A stretch of DNA of 63,960 bases, counting the filler, from Syncephalis fuscata S228 (taxonomy: Eukaryota > Fungi > Zoopagomycota): the NCBI GenBank assembly GCA_025786725.1. It is 5 parts of 5 records of this genome, joined end to end, with 100 filler letters (N's around TTAATTAATTAA, not from the genome) between each part and the next. Parts side by side here need not be neighbours in the genome. Positions count along the whole stretch, not along the records: positions 1 to 25,175 come from JAHLTZ010000122.1; positions 25,276 to 34,983 come from JAHLTZ010000306.1; positions 35,084 to 50,334 come from JAHLTZ010000219.1; 2 more parts are not named here. One strand, 5' to 3'. Below are positions 24,635 to 37,253 of the stretch, in pieces. The position numbers were made by a program, and so were the translations under genes. The notes below the pieces were generated by a model. The model was not told where the DNA came from. It saw nothing but the letters and a program-made list of their open reading frames with translations, and ran no database searches. The first letter of the stretch is position 1. Each line of letters starts with the position of its first letter.

Positions 24635-25175
24635 ATTACGTGAAACAGCCGCAACATTAATGGGAGGATACTTTCTTTATTTACAACTCTTTCGCAGATG
24701 ATTGTACATTGATTGTGGCTACACACAATGTATAATGACTTTGGATTTCCACACTGTATACGCTGAGTTTTGGATACTTACAAACTATACACACTACCAC
24801 TATTACTACACACTATTTTCCTATTAATACAAATAAACGATTTATTCGTTTTCACTGAAAGTACTGCTAATAACAAATACTAAAATATTACAAATTTTTT
24901 GAAAGTGCAATTCAATTGCTAGTTTAGCCTTTGCATTGTGGTTGACAATTTTCATTGTTTATTCTATTGAAATCTATGCTGCCATTTTCGTTGTTCTGTA
25001 CTATTGATGAGCAATGGCCTTTGCAATCGCGAAACGTATTCATTGTTCTAAAATAGAATACAATGCACAGTTTATTATTTCTATAAGAATTTAATTACTT
25101 TGTTTTATAAATAGTTTTGTAATATCGTTTTAATATAAATATGCCACATTAAATCGACTTTAGCTTGGAAATAAA

Positions 25176-25275
25176 NNNNNNNNNNNNNNNNNNNNNNNNN
25201 NNNNNNNNNNNNNNNNNNNTTAATTAATTAANNNNNNNNNNNNNNNNNNNNNNNNNNNNNNNNNNNNNNNNNNNN
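25176..25275. other. Artificial contig spacer
   Basis: 44 N + TTAATTAATTAA (stops in all six frames) + 44 N. Confidence 0.97.
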
Positions 25276-25456
25276 ACCTGCAAAATGACTAACCATTAGT
25301 CTTACAATATTGTTCATATTGATGTAAGGCCTGCCCCAAAACTGGTTTATAGCTAAACGCGACTTTGCCTAAAAACATGCAAGTGATAGCTAATATAATG
25401 GTGCAATTTAGCTTTATTAACGTGTAGCTTTATCACCTTCTATTCTAACTTTCAAT

Positions 25457-27322
25457 ATGCCCTTCTTAAAATACCAACGGCTAGTTCTGTTGTTTTTTAT
25501 TTATATATTAACACAATCAATAACGTTCGAGCAAAATATTTCTTTCCAATGGCACTGCTACTTCAATAGCCTTCCCTTCAACTGATGTGTTTCTTCATCC
25601 AGAATCTTACTATCACTATGAAGGTATTGCCTTTGTGTGGCATTTTGCCGATGCTCTAAAACCAAACATGACATGCGCTTTCCCGCCAATTAATGCTTCC
25701 GATCCATTAATTAGAAATATGGCCAACGATGCATATCAGCATACCGATTTTGCAATAATTATAGACTATTCACTTTCTAAATTCGTTGGCTGCACAACTA
25801 AGGAGCAAGTAAGCGACTTTATACAATATAGATGTACTCGTATTTATTTTAATTCAGGTTAGCGAAGCAATAGACAACTTGATTCAGCAGCTATCACGCG
25901 CAAATTCCCGCCAATTAAATTATTTATTATAGTTTCAAATACTTCACCGGCATTTTTCTTAGATTACGATCACATCACAGGTGTCGTTGATGATACGCTT
26001 AAAAGAAATATAAAGCCAGGCATAAAAATGATATCCGTGATAGACACACCTGATTTGAGTTTTATGAAACAAATCAGTAGCTTTAAACGCTTCTACTATG
26101 CTGTTGAACAAGGTAAATCATTTAAAGCACAATACATATTAATGTTAAATTGTTAGTAGAACCCAACTCATGGGACATCCTGTTCGCATCAAATTCATAT
26201 ATTGCTTACAAATGGATATATTTTACCATGGTAAGCAGTAAAATTAAGCATGTTTATATAATTCTTATTGTATTGCTACAGGTATTAGTCGCTTTGCTAT
26301 ATACGTGTGCCCGTGTGATAAAGCTGGCAAGACTAAATATGCTAAAACAAAATCTATTTTGGTTGCACTTATTATTACGTTTATATACAGCATCTGTAAG
26401 TAAATTCACTACACTATATAATATACAACTTATTATTATATACTAGTCTTCTTGGTACACTTGGCTGCTTTAGAAAAAGCATATATAGCATCGGCTTTTT
26501 TAAACCTGTACATTATTTTGGCAAAACTACCTTTTGATATAATAGTTTGGCATTGGTATGTGATTGTTAGATATTATATTACAACGTTTAATGATTGGTT
26601 TCTAGGTCAATTATTGGCAAAAGACTATTTTCAAAGACATCAATTATATTTGTTCGGCTTATTGCATCATTGACATTATAGTAAATATTTTTCAAATCAT
26701 ATCTTTAATAGTGACCATTAATCACAATAAAGATTATGATACTATAACGCCATATACAACTCCGTTTATTAGATTTATGCGACTTGTGCTGCCATGGGTT
26801 GCTATTGCAATCTTCTGTGGACTGGTAAGTCAGTTGTAATAGGTAAAGCATTCAGTATATATTAAACTGGTTTAATAGCATTATGGTTTGGATTGACTTC
26901 ATACAGACTTAGGAGACATCATGAAGGGCGTCGCAAGTTTATACAGGTAAATCATTTAATACATTTATTGCAATGGATTCTAATGTTTATATATCATGTC
27001 AGCTGGCATGCCTTACTGTACTGGCACTTTTCACATACATATTATTTCCGTCTTGCTCCATCTATTATGGCATGAGTCCACTACAACTAGACCTAATGAA
27101 TTGCTTACAAAGGAGTTCATGTTTGACACATCCTATATGATACGTGCATTCGTATTTTTAACAGTTCTTGGCATGGAGTGGCCATATTCACTGAATCTAG
27201 TTGAGCCAGAAATACGAGCACCACTTGGTGGAATGACAACTATTGAATATGATTCAACTGCGGAAGAGGTGCCGATACAATGGCGGCTGACCCGAAAAAT
27301 CACAAGAATGATTAAACGTTAG
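25457..27322 (+). pseudogene. Signal peptide + ectodomain + multi-TM protein, paralog 1 (frameshifted; pseudogene or sequencing errors)
   Basis: Exon-by-exon homology to 28522-30398 (HYEG.A, PPIK, YIAYKWIYFT, EGRRKFIQ, EFMFDT.YMIRA, PLGGMTTI). Indels near 25520-25540 and 25902. Confidence 0.6.
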
Positions 27323-28521
27323 AATATTAGCGCGAATAATCAATTAAACTATTTTTTGAATGTAATAATAAATAGAAATAATTATTGTTGTATTTCATAA
27401 TTAATTTCTGTATTTGACATTCGATTATTTAATTTATAAATTAATGTCTGTCAATATTATTATAAATATATATTGTAAGCTGTCTATACGTTTAACTTAA
27501 TGTTTATGTATAAATCACCGTTAACTAACTATTTAATTTATTGATAATAAAATAGTCTATAATTTACAGTTAAATACAATATTAACAAACAAACAAAGCT
27601 TAGATTGGCTATATATGGAATTACACTAGTATATTTAAACTAATTACAATTTAACTGATTGACATTAGTGTGCCATCTACATCAATGTTGAATCGTATGA
27701 AAAATAAAAACAGTTTACAAAATCATTGGCTCATTGGCTCATGTGCATCCAAATTAAATAAGCGTAAATCTTTATTAATAAAATGGCATTCAATGACATT
27801 CAAAGTGCCATCCACTCACTGTCAACGCTCTTTATTTACTGCATATAGTATTAATATGCTATTTTTTAATCCGATTTTGCGCTGAAACAGGCCAGTTCTT
27901 GGCTTATTTACAAAGCTATTTGTTGAATACCAATACCAATAGGTTTTTGATTATGTTGTCATGAGCAAATTCATAAAGGTGCGATAATGGTATGTAAAGT
28001 TATGCACACATTTTCAGAACAAAGAAACAACTCAAGTTGCATGCATAATTGGTACTATCATGATGTTGAACATTTCCATGCAAGTCCATAAGCGCAATAA
28101 TAATGTTGCTAGATTTATTATGTCGTTTTAATGTTGCTTACAATAATAAATTTGAAATTCTGAATGCTGTAAAGCAATAGTTTTATTAAACATACGAGAA
28201 ACACAATTACATTCATATTTGGAATACTATTTCATTTAGCTTGCAACTTATGCATATTCATATGCATCCCAATAGTCTGCTGACCTTTGGATCAATGTTC
28301 CAAGTGTAACAATATTTGCATTTCACAATAGCCTATGTTGCAAATAAAATTACTAGCTATTAGTTTACTGATATTTGATGCACATCAATGTAAAAGGCCT
28401 GTGTTATAAAACTAGTTATATTTACATATAAATTTTCATAAAGCTATATGGCTATCTACTATATAATAATACAATATCCATTGATAACATAGCCTTATTA
28501 CTTTCTATCTTGATTTTCAAC

Positions 28522-30398
28522 ATGTTATTTTTAAAATACCAACAACTGATCTTATTGCTATTTACTTGTATATCGATACAAACCAATTACGTTTGTGCAA
28601 AACTCATATTTTACAATAATACCAGCCAATCAGTACCTTATAATTTAACTGGTATATACCTTTATCCAAGATCTTATCAGCAGCATTATGAGGGCGTTGC
28701 ACTTTTATGGAATCTTTCTGAGCATACAAAATCAACTACTTCATGCTTTCTCCCGTCAGTTAATGCTTTCGACCCAGAGATCCGAAATATTGCTGATAAT
28801 GCATATAAATATCGAGATTTTGCAATTATAATAAATTATAAATATTTTATAAAGGATTACTGCAACAATAAAGAGAAAGTAAGTGTTTTATTATTATATA
28901 TTCATGTGCATGTGTTCTAATTATATTTCAGGTTAGTCAAGCGATAGATGAATTAATTTGGCAATTATCATGGGCAGAATTTCCTCCAATTAAGCTGCTT
29001 ATTTTATCCAAGTATTGGGCACCTAATTTTTATTCAGGTTACGATTATGTAATGGGATTTCATGAGGATATTATAAATGGAGTTACAGGATTAGACTCAA
29101 TAACTATATCAACAGCGCGGATATATGTTGCCCTAGAAGATATGACAAAGCCTAATGCTTACACAGTCCTTCGTTATACTGCCCAATTAGGTAAATTAGT
29201 TAAAATATCTGCTATATCAATGCTGAACTGTTAATAGAACCCGAAGAATGGAATGCAGTGTTGTTTTCAAAAACATATATTGCTTACAAATGGATATACT
29301 TTACTTTGGTAAGTAATAGAATTAACCATATATATAGTACCTATTGTATTGTTATAGGTGTTAGTCGCTTTGCTATATACGTGTGTCCGTATTATAATGC
29401 TGGCAAGACTAAAGCTATTAAAACGAAATTTACTTTTGGCTGCATTTGTCATCGGTTTTATATACAGTATTTGTAAGTAAATCCAAACCATACCGGAACA
29501 ACAACTTATAATTATATAATAGTTTTCCTTATACATTTAGCTGCTTTACACAAAACACACCAACCATCGGTTTCTTTAAATTTGTATATTCTTTTAGCAG
29601 AAATACCTTTCGATATAATACTTTGGCATTGATATGTAATTACTAGGCCTTAGCTATACAATGTTTAATACTTAATATTAGGTCAATTGTCGGCAAAAAA
29701 CTATTTTCAAAGATAATGATGCTACCTATTTGGCTTATTATTATTACTGATGTTATAGCAAACATTTTTCAAATTGTATACTTAATAATGATTGCCAATC
29801 AAAAGCAAAATTATGGTATTACAGCACCAAACAAGGCCCCATTTCTTGAATCTATGAGACTTGTGCTTCCATGGGTTACTATGACAATGTTTTTTGGGTT
29901 TGGTAAGTCAACGTACAAATTGCGGCACTTAATTAAAACTAATTCCATTTGATAGTATTATGGCTTGGATTTATTTCATACAAGCTTAGAAAGCACTCTG
30001 AAGGTCGTCGCAAATTTATACAGGTAAAAATTGGATAAATTTATTGTAATAGAATGTAGTGCTTATATATCACACCAGCTGGCATGCTTTACCTTACTAG
30101 GCCTTTTTACATATATACTGTTCCCGTTCCGTTATATATATCCTCCCATGACTCCATTAATGGTAAAGCCTGATGAAGTATTCAAAACGGAATTCATGTT
30201 TGATACAGCCTACATGATCCGTGCACTCATATTCTTATCAGTTCTTGGTATACAATGGCCACATCCACCAAAGCTAACTGAGCCAAAAATACGGGAACCA
30301 CTTGGTGGAATGACAACCATTGGATATGAATTAAAGTAGAGGAAGTACCGATACAATGGCAGTTGACTCGTAAAATTACAAGAATGATTCAATGTTAG
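28522..30398 (+). pseudogene. Signal peptide + ectodomain + multi-TM protein, paralog 2 (probable lesions)
   Basis: Same exon structure as paralog 1. A splice donor GT is AT at ~29632, creating TGA, and a 1-nt deletion at ~30335 truncates the conserved tail EEVPIQW.LTRKITRMI. Confidence 0.6.
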
Positions 30399-30609
30399 CA
30401 CGTCATTTTAAACAATCAACTAATGTTTTTAATTTGATAATAAATAATGAATAGCTATCATTGTATTTTATAATCAAGTACAATTACTTTTATATACATA
30501 TATAGATATATGACACAAACAAAATCATTTAATGACTACGCTATTTAATCAATTTATATATCAATTTGCTGCTAATAAATTTTATTTATAGTACGATATG
30601 CAATTTGCT

Positions 30610-32490
30610 CTATTGTTGTGCACATTGCACACCTCCACCCATGCCATGATCATCTTCATCGTCGGTATACATTTCTTCATCCTCTTCGTCATGTTGTTCC
30701 GCCTTCTATAAATATATTTATTAATTACTGTAATCTACCATTTAATTGCTACTTACTTCAGCATCACAATCTTCCAACTGACAATCATCTAAATGTTTGA
30801 GTTTTTGTGTCGATGTGGGTGGTCGTGGTGGTAACATTGTCTCCAATTGCTAAATAGCATTTTAATTAATTATCTAACAAGCAATGCATATATATATATA
30901 CTACTTACTTTAGCATTATCTGGCGTCATCCAGCCAGATTCAGGAAACTGTACAAAGAACCGCACAAACAAGTCACCTTTATCAAATGGCCGTCGATATT
31001 CTGGCATACCTTCATTCTTGATACATTTTACTTCATCTAGTAATTTGTATAAAAATGAGCACTCATTAACTGATTTATAGCAATTCAACTTACTGGGCCG
31101 AATTACTTGTCCGGGAGATTGTGTCACTACAATACCTCGACCATCCAAATGGGCTAGCAATACTTTACTAAATCCACAAAGTGCTTCAGTCAACGTAACG
31201 GTAACATCAGTCCATAAGTGATGGCCTTGTCGTTCCATACGATCGTGTGGCTTTTGTTCCAATATAAAGATAAGATCCCCTGCCGGCACGCCAGGCTCTT
31301 GATCTGCTTGACCGGCCAATACAATATGCTGTCCTTCTTTCATACCCTTCTCTACGTGAACTTCTAATTTTCTTGATGCCTTTATCACACATTGGCCATT
31401 GCACTTTTTGCAACGATCCTTTTCAAGTAGAATCTTGCCTTCACCACGACCTAAATAACCCATTAAACTATTGTTCCATTATATAATTCATATTACTGTA
31501 CATTTTCGACAAGTAGATCGTACGCGCTGCACCATTGATCCCATACGCTGTTCTTTAGTTATAGTACCCGTGCCTTGACAAGGTTTACATGTTCGTGGTC
31601 CACGCTTTCCTCCTTTGCTATTATGTCAATAACTATCATTAATACTATTCTGTATTCCGATCCATAAAGCTACTTACCCCGAACAAGTATTGCAAACTTC
31701 TGTTCGTTCAACAGATATATTTTTAGTAATGCCATTATACAATTCTTCCAATGTAACTTCTAATGGTGTTTTGATATCTTCTCCTTTGGTACGACGACGC
31801 GGCTTTTTCGCTATATATTCTGAATAAGCCATAGCCACACTTCGATACACTACACTAACCTTGCTGCTGATGACGAAAGAATCCACCACCTCCCATAAAC
31901 ATGTCCTCATCGTCATTCATAAACTGCGCTCCAAATAGATCATTAAAGAAATCCATCGGCGGCCCATCATGCCCGCCGTCAAATCCAAATCCATAATCGC
32001 CATGATTGGGTGTACCAGAACCAAATCGATCATATTTCTCTCTACATCAATGAGTTACTAATCCATAGCTTATTTGTTTAATTACCTTTTCTCTGGATCA
32101 CTTAGAATATCATAAGCATGGCTAGAATACGTTACATTAAATAACATTAGATGGTTGTTATTTCAAACTTTAACAACAATTTCTATACCTAATTTCTTTA
32201 AACTATTATTTGTTAGTATATTTTATACAACTTTAACTTTAACTTACTTTATCACCGGCATCAGGATTCTTATCAGGATGGTATTGCATTGCCTAACAGT
32301 GTTTACAGTAATATTAATATATTACAGTTGTAGCCATTAACGATCATTACTAACCAATTTGCGATACGCCTATTATTGTTATTATCAGTAACATGCTAAA
32401 TTATCTCCTATTTATACTTACTTTCTTAATAGTAATGGCCTCGGCCTGTTTATCGACACCAAGAATATTGTAGTAATCTTCCTCAGCCAT
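30610..32490 (-). CDS. Type I DnaJ/Hsp40 (Ydj1/Xdj1/DNAJA-like) with CaaX
   Basis: J domain (YYNILGV, AYRKL, YHPDKNP, FKEI), G/F region, CxxCxGxG repeats, C-terminal GVQCAQQ*. Confidence 0.93.
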
Positions 32491-32849
32491 GATAATTCGT
32501 GCAAATATATACGCTATTGATTACGTGAATCGGCAAAGTGAAGAAACGTTAAGCGATGAAAAACCGAATATTTCTTTTTTTAATGTTCTCCGATTCATTT
32601 TCCTATGGAATTACACAAATTTGAACTTTCCAATTCGGTGTTGACATTTTATTATGTTGCATTTTAGTGTACTGTTGCGTATCACTCATTGATTTCTCAG
32701 CGCTCATTTCCTGCTGTCGTTGTTGCCGCTCTCACAGCTACCATTGCTGTCATTGTCAGTTAAACGCTGTTATTGCTTGACCTTATATACTGGGTAGTAT
32801 ATAGTATTGTAGTCTTTATAGCTATCATTGCAGCACTTGAAGCACCACT

Positions 32850-34439
32850 ATGAGTAAACTCGAACGATACATGAGCAATGCTATTCGCATTTTCAGCATG
32901 TTTCCCGTAGTCTTTTGCCTTGGACTAATCAGTTGGTCATATTATGGATTCGCTATATCGTTGTGCGGCCATCTCCTTCGAAATGAGTCGGCTATTCAAG
33001 GTAAATCTATTTAGTATTTATCAGTGCCAAGAATAACCATGTATTTACATAGGGGTCTTTTATTTATTAATCTATCATCCAATATTGATACTATTTGTTA
33101 CAAGCTTTATTCGTTGTGTTCGTACACATCCTGGTCGACCACCAGCGCTTGAAGTAAGGCTATTTACGTAAATATGACTGTCTAAATATTTGCTTACTGT
33201 AATAATTATTCTATCTAGTCGGTAAATGAAGAAGAGATCGACGTAACAATCGATGATGATGAGGAAGAAGAACAAGGTTTAGTAAACCAAGCAGCTGATT
33301 TAGAACTGGAATTGAGTCATAGAATTATTGACTATACACATCATACACGTACACCATATCCTTTGGAAGGTGATGCGCCAGGAGACAATGGTGTATTTAC
33401 TAATAGTGTTCATACATCATCAATTACCACGGCTGTAAATACAACTACTGCTAGTCCTGCCATGACATCATCGGCCATCAATGGACAGGCACTAGCAAGT
33501 GTTGTTACGGTAAAAGAAGATGGCCAGCGTCGCTTTTGTCGTAAATGTAAAGTTGAGAAACCAGATCGCACTCATCATTGTAGTGTGTGTGGCGAGTAAG
33601 TCTACAAAACAACAGGTTTATTATTTATTAATGTTGATGGTAGATGTATATTAAAGATGGATCAGTAAGTAAAATTAATATTAAAAATATTAACTAAATT
33701 TGTTTATTGTTTTGTATCAGTCATTGTCCATGGTAAGTCACTTTAATGTTTATAAATAATTATTAATAATTAATAACTAGGGTTAATAACTGTGTTGGAC
33801 ATCACAATCAAAAGTTCTTTTATTTATTCGTATTCTGGGGAGCCATTTACACTTCATTTGTGGGATTGGCCACTATTCCACCCGTCTATGATGTTTTAAC
33901 TAGCGAGAATGTAGGCGAATATGTTTAAAAGTAATTATTTATATCTAATTACCAACTCTACTTAGGGACTACTTATTATAAATATCCATTGGTTATTTGT
34001 TGTTTTATGTGGCTGTATTTTTGGTGTATGTCTAATGGGATTTGCTGGTTATCATGGCTATTTGCTACTTACGAATCAAACAACAATTGAGACATTTCAA
34101 CGTAATCGATTCCGTCGATTGGGTGGCACTATTGACAGTCGTTGTAAACAATTGAATCTATTTGATCTTGGTTGGCGGTAAGTTTAGTATTTTTTATTTA
34201 ATAATACTATAGTAATAAAATGGTATATATATATATATATAATTAGAGAGAATGTAAGTCAGGTATTGGGACCTGTACCGCTACTATGGCTAGTTCCCGT
34301 TAAAAACACGCAAGTAACAACTTTTATAACTGTTATTTGTACTAATTATTGATATAACTATAGACCTGGAGATGGCCGTGTATTCCGACTAAATGAGCGG
34401 GCCTATGAAGCGGTCAGCATTCATGAAATGCTTGTATAA
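32850..34439 (+). CDS. DHHC palmitoyltransferase (Pfa3/ZDHHC2-like)
   Basis: RFCRKCKVEKPDRTHHCSVC, spliced KMDHHCPWVNNCVG, NQTTIE, N.FDLG, GDG. Confidence 0.93.
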
Positions 34440-34583
34440 AATGCATCAATTCGTATTATCTCTATTATGGTGGTGATACGAGCACAGTGTATATCCGTAA
34501 AATGGATGATTTATTGATTTGGATTCAAATAAACACAGCAGTTGAATGCCATGAATTATACGCTCGTCTTTGCTAAATATCGT

Positions 34584-34918
34584 CTAATAGGCAGTGCCGC
34601 TGAAGCCCTTGCCTTTATAATCTTCAGACGACATACCAGTGACTGGATTGGCCTTTTGTGAACGCATGTATTCATCGGTTTGTTCGCGCCACTCCTTGCT
34701 CATGGTATGAGGAGTCTCTTGAGCTATTGTATATGTAATGAAAGATTAGCAAATAGTACAAATATAGCTATGCTTTAATAGCTTACGCGAGTACGGATGG
34801 GGCTGAATAGACCAGCGGTAACCATAGGGGAGGCTACATACCGCCAACAACCTTGAGGGTAAATCCTGGCTTGTGAAGTGGTTCGCGAGCACCGTGTGGA
34901 CCAAATGCAATAAATAGG
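34584..34918 (-). CDS. COX5: Cytochrome c oxidase subunit (fungal Cox5 / animal COX4 family), 3' part cut by gap
   Basis: LFIAFGPHGAREP, and last exon PHTMSKEWREQTDEYMRSQKANPVTGMSSEDYKGKG. An apparent indel in the TM-coding exon lies near the contig end. Missed by the ORF track. Confidence 0.85.
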
Positions 34919-34983
34919 CTAATACAACGCGTATTCAGAGTATTTAATAATGTTTATGTTGTTTGTGTATGTGTATGTATGTG

Positions 34984-35083
34984 NNNNNNNNNNNNNNNNN
35001 NNNNNNNNNNNNNNNNNNNNNNNNNNNTTAATTAATTAANNNNNNNNNNNNNNNNNNNNNNNNNNNNNNNNNNNNNNNNNNNN
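34984..35083. other. Artificial contig spacer
   Basis: N44-TTAATTAATTAA-N44. Confidence 0.97.
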
Positions 35084-36089
35084 AGCTTTATTATCTGAAT
35101 CTCATGGATCGGCATCCGCTTTAAAATCCTATGTTACAGACATGACTGCAGAATCACTTGAGACACTTCGTCGTGCATGTGGCGGTCATGGCTACAGCCA
35201 ATTTAGTGGCTTGCCTGACTTGTTAACTTTATATTTGCAATTTAATACTGGAGAAGGAGAAAATCATGTAATGGCCCAACAAGCAGCTCGTATCTTACTT
35301 CGACGCTACAACCATTTGCAATCTGCTGCTGATGCTACCCATACTGCTAGTGTTGACGAGCGCTACATGTTATCTGTGCCAGCGCAACAACTTGAAAATG
35401 ACCGTTGCACGGTAGTTATTGCAGAAGACTTGCGCAATCCAAAGCTTTATTTACACGCATTTGAACGCCGCGCAGCTCATCACTTGTCATGCTTGCATCG
35501 CCGCCGCACACAAGGTTCACCATTTGCAGAATGCCATGTCGATGTTGAACGAGTTGTCCGTGCACATGCTGAGCTGTATGTGGTGCGCAGCTTTGTAGAG
35601 GCGCTTTATCCAGAGTTTAGACTTGATGAGCATACATCAGCTGGAGAACCAGCACCGATCGATATACCGCAGCCAATCCATAGCGTACTAAGCCGTCTAT
35701 GTGATTTGTTTGCGCTAACTCGCATATCGAGGGAGCTAGGGGACCATTTGGAAGCCGGCTACCTCCAGTCGACACATGGACCATTGGTTAGAGCAGCTAT
35801 CCGCCGACTATTGCAAGAAATAAGACCAGATGCATTGGCACTTGTTGATGCATTTAATATTTCAGATAGTCGTCTAGGAAGCGCAATTGGTCGATGGGAC
35901 GGCCGAGTCTACGAAGCATTGGCGGCAATGGCACAATCCAATCCAATGAATCGCACCGATGTCACACCAGGCTATGAGCCACCCACAGGAGCACTAGCCA
36001 TCGACGGTCACTCCTACCGAGGACTGAAAGGCATATTTGAAGATGGCTGGCATCGTGTTGGCCACACTCGCATTCCGGCCAAACTTTAA
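35084..36089 (+). CDS. Peroxisomal acyl-CoA oxidase copy 1 (5' end lost in gap)
   Basis: RRACGGHGYS, GEGENHVM, SAIGRWDGRVYE; PTS1 AKL. Near-identical to 44076-45081. Confidence 0.9.
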
Positions 36090-37253
36090 ACGATAACAAT
36101 TACAAACTTTAATGAGTATTACAATAAAGCTACGATAACTTATAAATATCGATGATAAATGTTTATTGCTCTACTAGTTTCTTTAAAGCTGCTTTATGTT
36201 GTGTGCTGTTTAGCACTATTATACAATATACTAAACATTTAATGTGATTTTGTGGTCAAATGACTACGTTTAATAACATCCAATTTATTGAACATGATGA
36301 TGGGTGGTGAATGACATTAGTCATCAAATACTCATCAGCATAGATTTATTATTTATTATGCATATATTCTCTATTTAACTATATTATCAATAGTGTATGT
36401 TTATACTGTTATATATTATTCTATGCTATACGAAGTACATCATATTTTTATAGGTTTCAATTACATATAGTTTGCTAAATGAATGAAATGGATGAGCTGA
36501 GATTTATTAATAATAAGACTAGAACAAAACAACAGCTGCAATAGGTAGAGCGTATTTATTAGACAATAAAACGATATAAAACATAAAAAATATACGATTT
36601 GGACTGACCATTAGCTATGTTAACGTTATTGAGCATATTGCATGATCAGTGAGCGAAATTAGTCGAGGTTTATTAATATTAAAGTTAGAACAAAAATAAA
36701 AATAGCATTAGACAGAGGAGGCTAAGCGGGTATAGAATGATATAGAATAGAATAAATATATGGTAAAAGTGTATGATAAATGATGTCGAAGCTATAGCGC
36801 ATACAGAGTAATGAGTGGAGAGAGAAAACTTTATTGGAACATACAATAATTAAAATGCGTCTAGTATATATAAAATTATATATAATAATGTGGAGTGAAA
36901 TAGAAATGATATAGTTGAATAGAGTATATATGCGTACTGAGTATATGCATACTGGATAATGAATCTGCAATGGTGAGTATTTTAGACCTTGAGATAAACT
37001 ACTTCTAGTTCCATGTTCAATAAATTAAACGTTATTAAAAATAACCGTTTGACCACCAAACAAACAGTATAATTAAGCGATTTGATCATTGAATAAAACT
37101 CACCATTCGTCCCCATGTTCAATAGAACAAATATTTAGTTCAATTAAACAAAATACTGTTATATTTACTCATTTGTTCCCAAATTACATTATATAGGCAA
37201 TAAAATGGTATAAAATAGTTTATGATAACATACATAAAATATGCTAATCACGT
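35084..37253 (+). repeat. Large inverted repeat, left arm (>=2170 bp)
   Basis: Reverse complement of 42913-45081 with scattered SNPs. Confidence 0.95.

Noticed and set aside
22026-24726. Overlapping alternative-frame and antisense ORFs within OPT (and similar ones in TBC, trihelix, gag and pol)
   Set aside because: Shadows of codon bias in long real ORFs; no recognisable motifs.
25220-25231. TTAATTAATTAA as a biological motif
   Set aside because: Centred in fixed 100-nt N blocks four times; an assembly linker.
29632-29681. Second U12 intron (AT start)
   Set aside because: Starts ATATGT rather than ATATCCT, ends AG, and the paralog has GTATGT; a mutated U2 donor.
36722-36970. 82-aa ORF repeated at 43195-43443
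   Set aside because: Low-complexity AT-rich frame with a non-ATG start; duplicated only because it lies in the inverted repeat.
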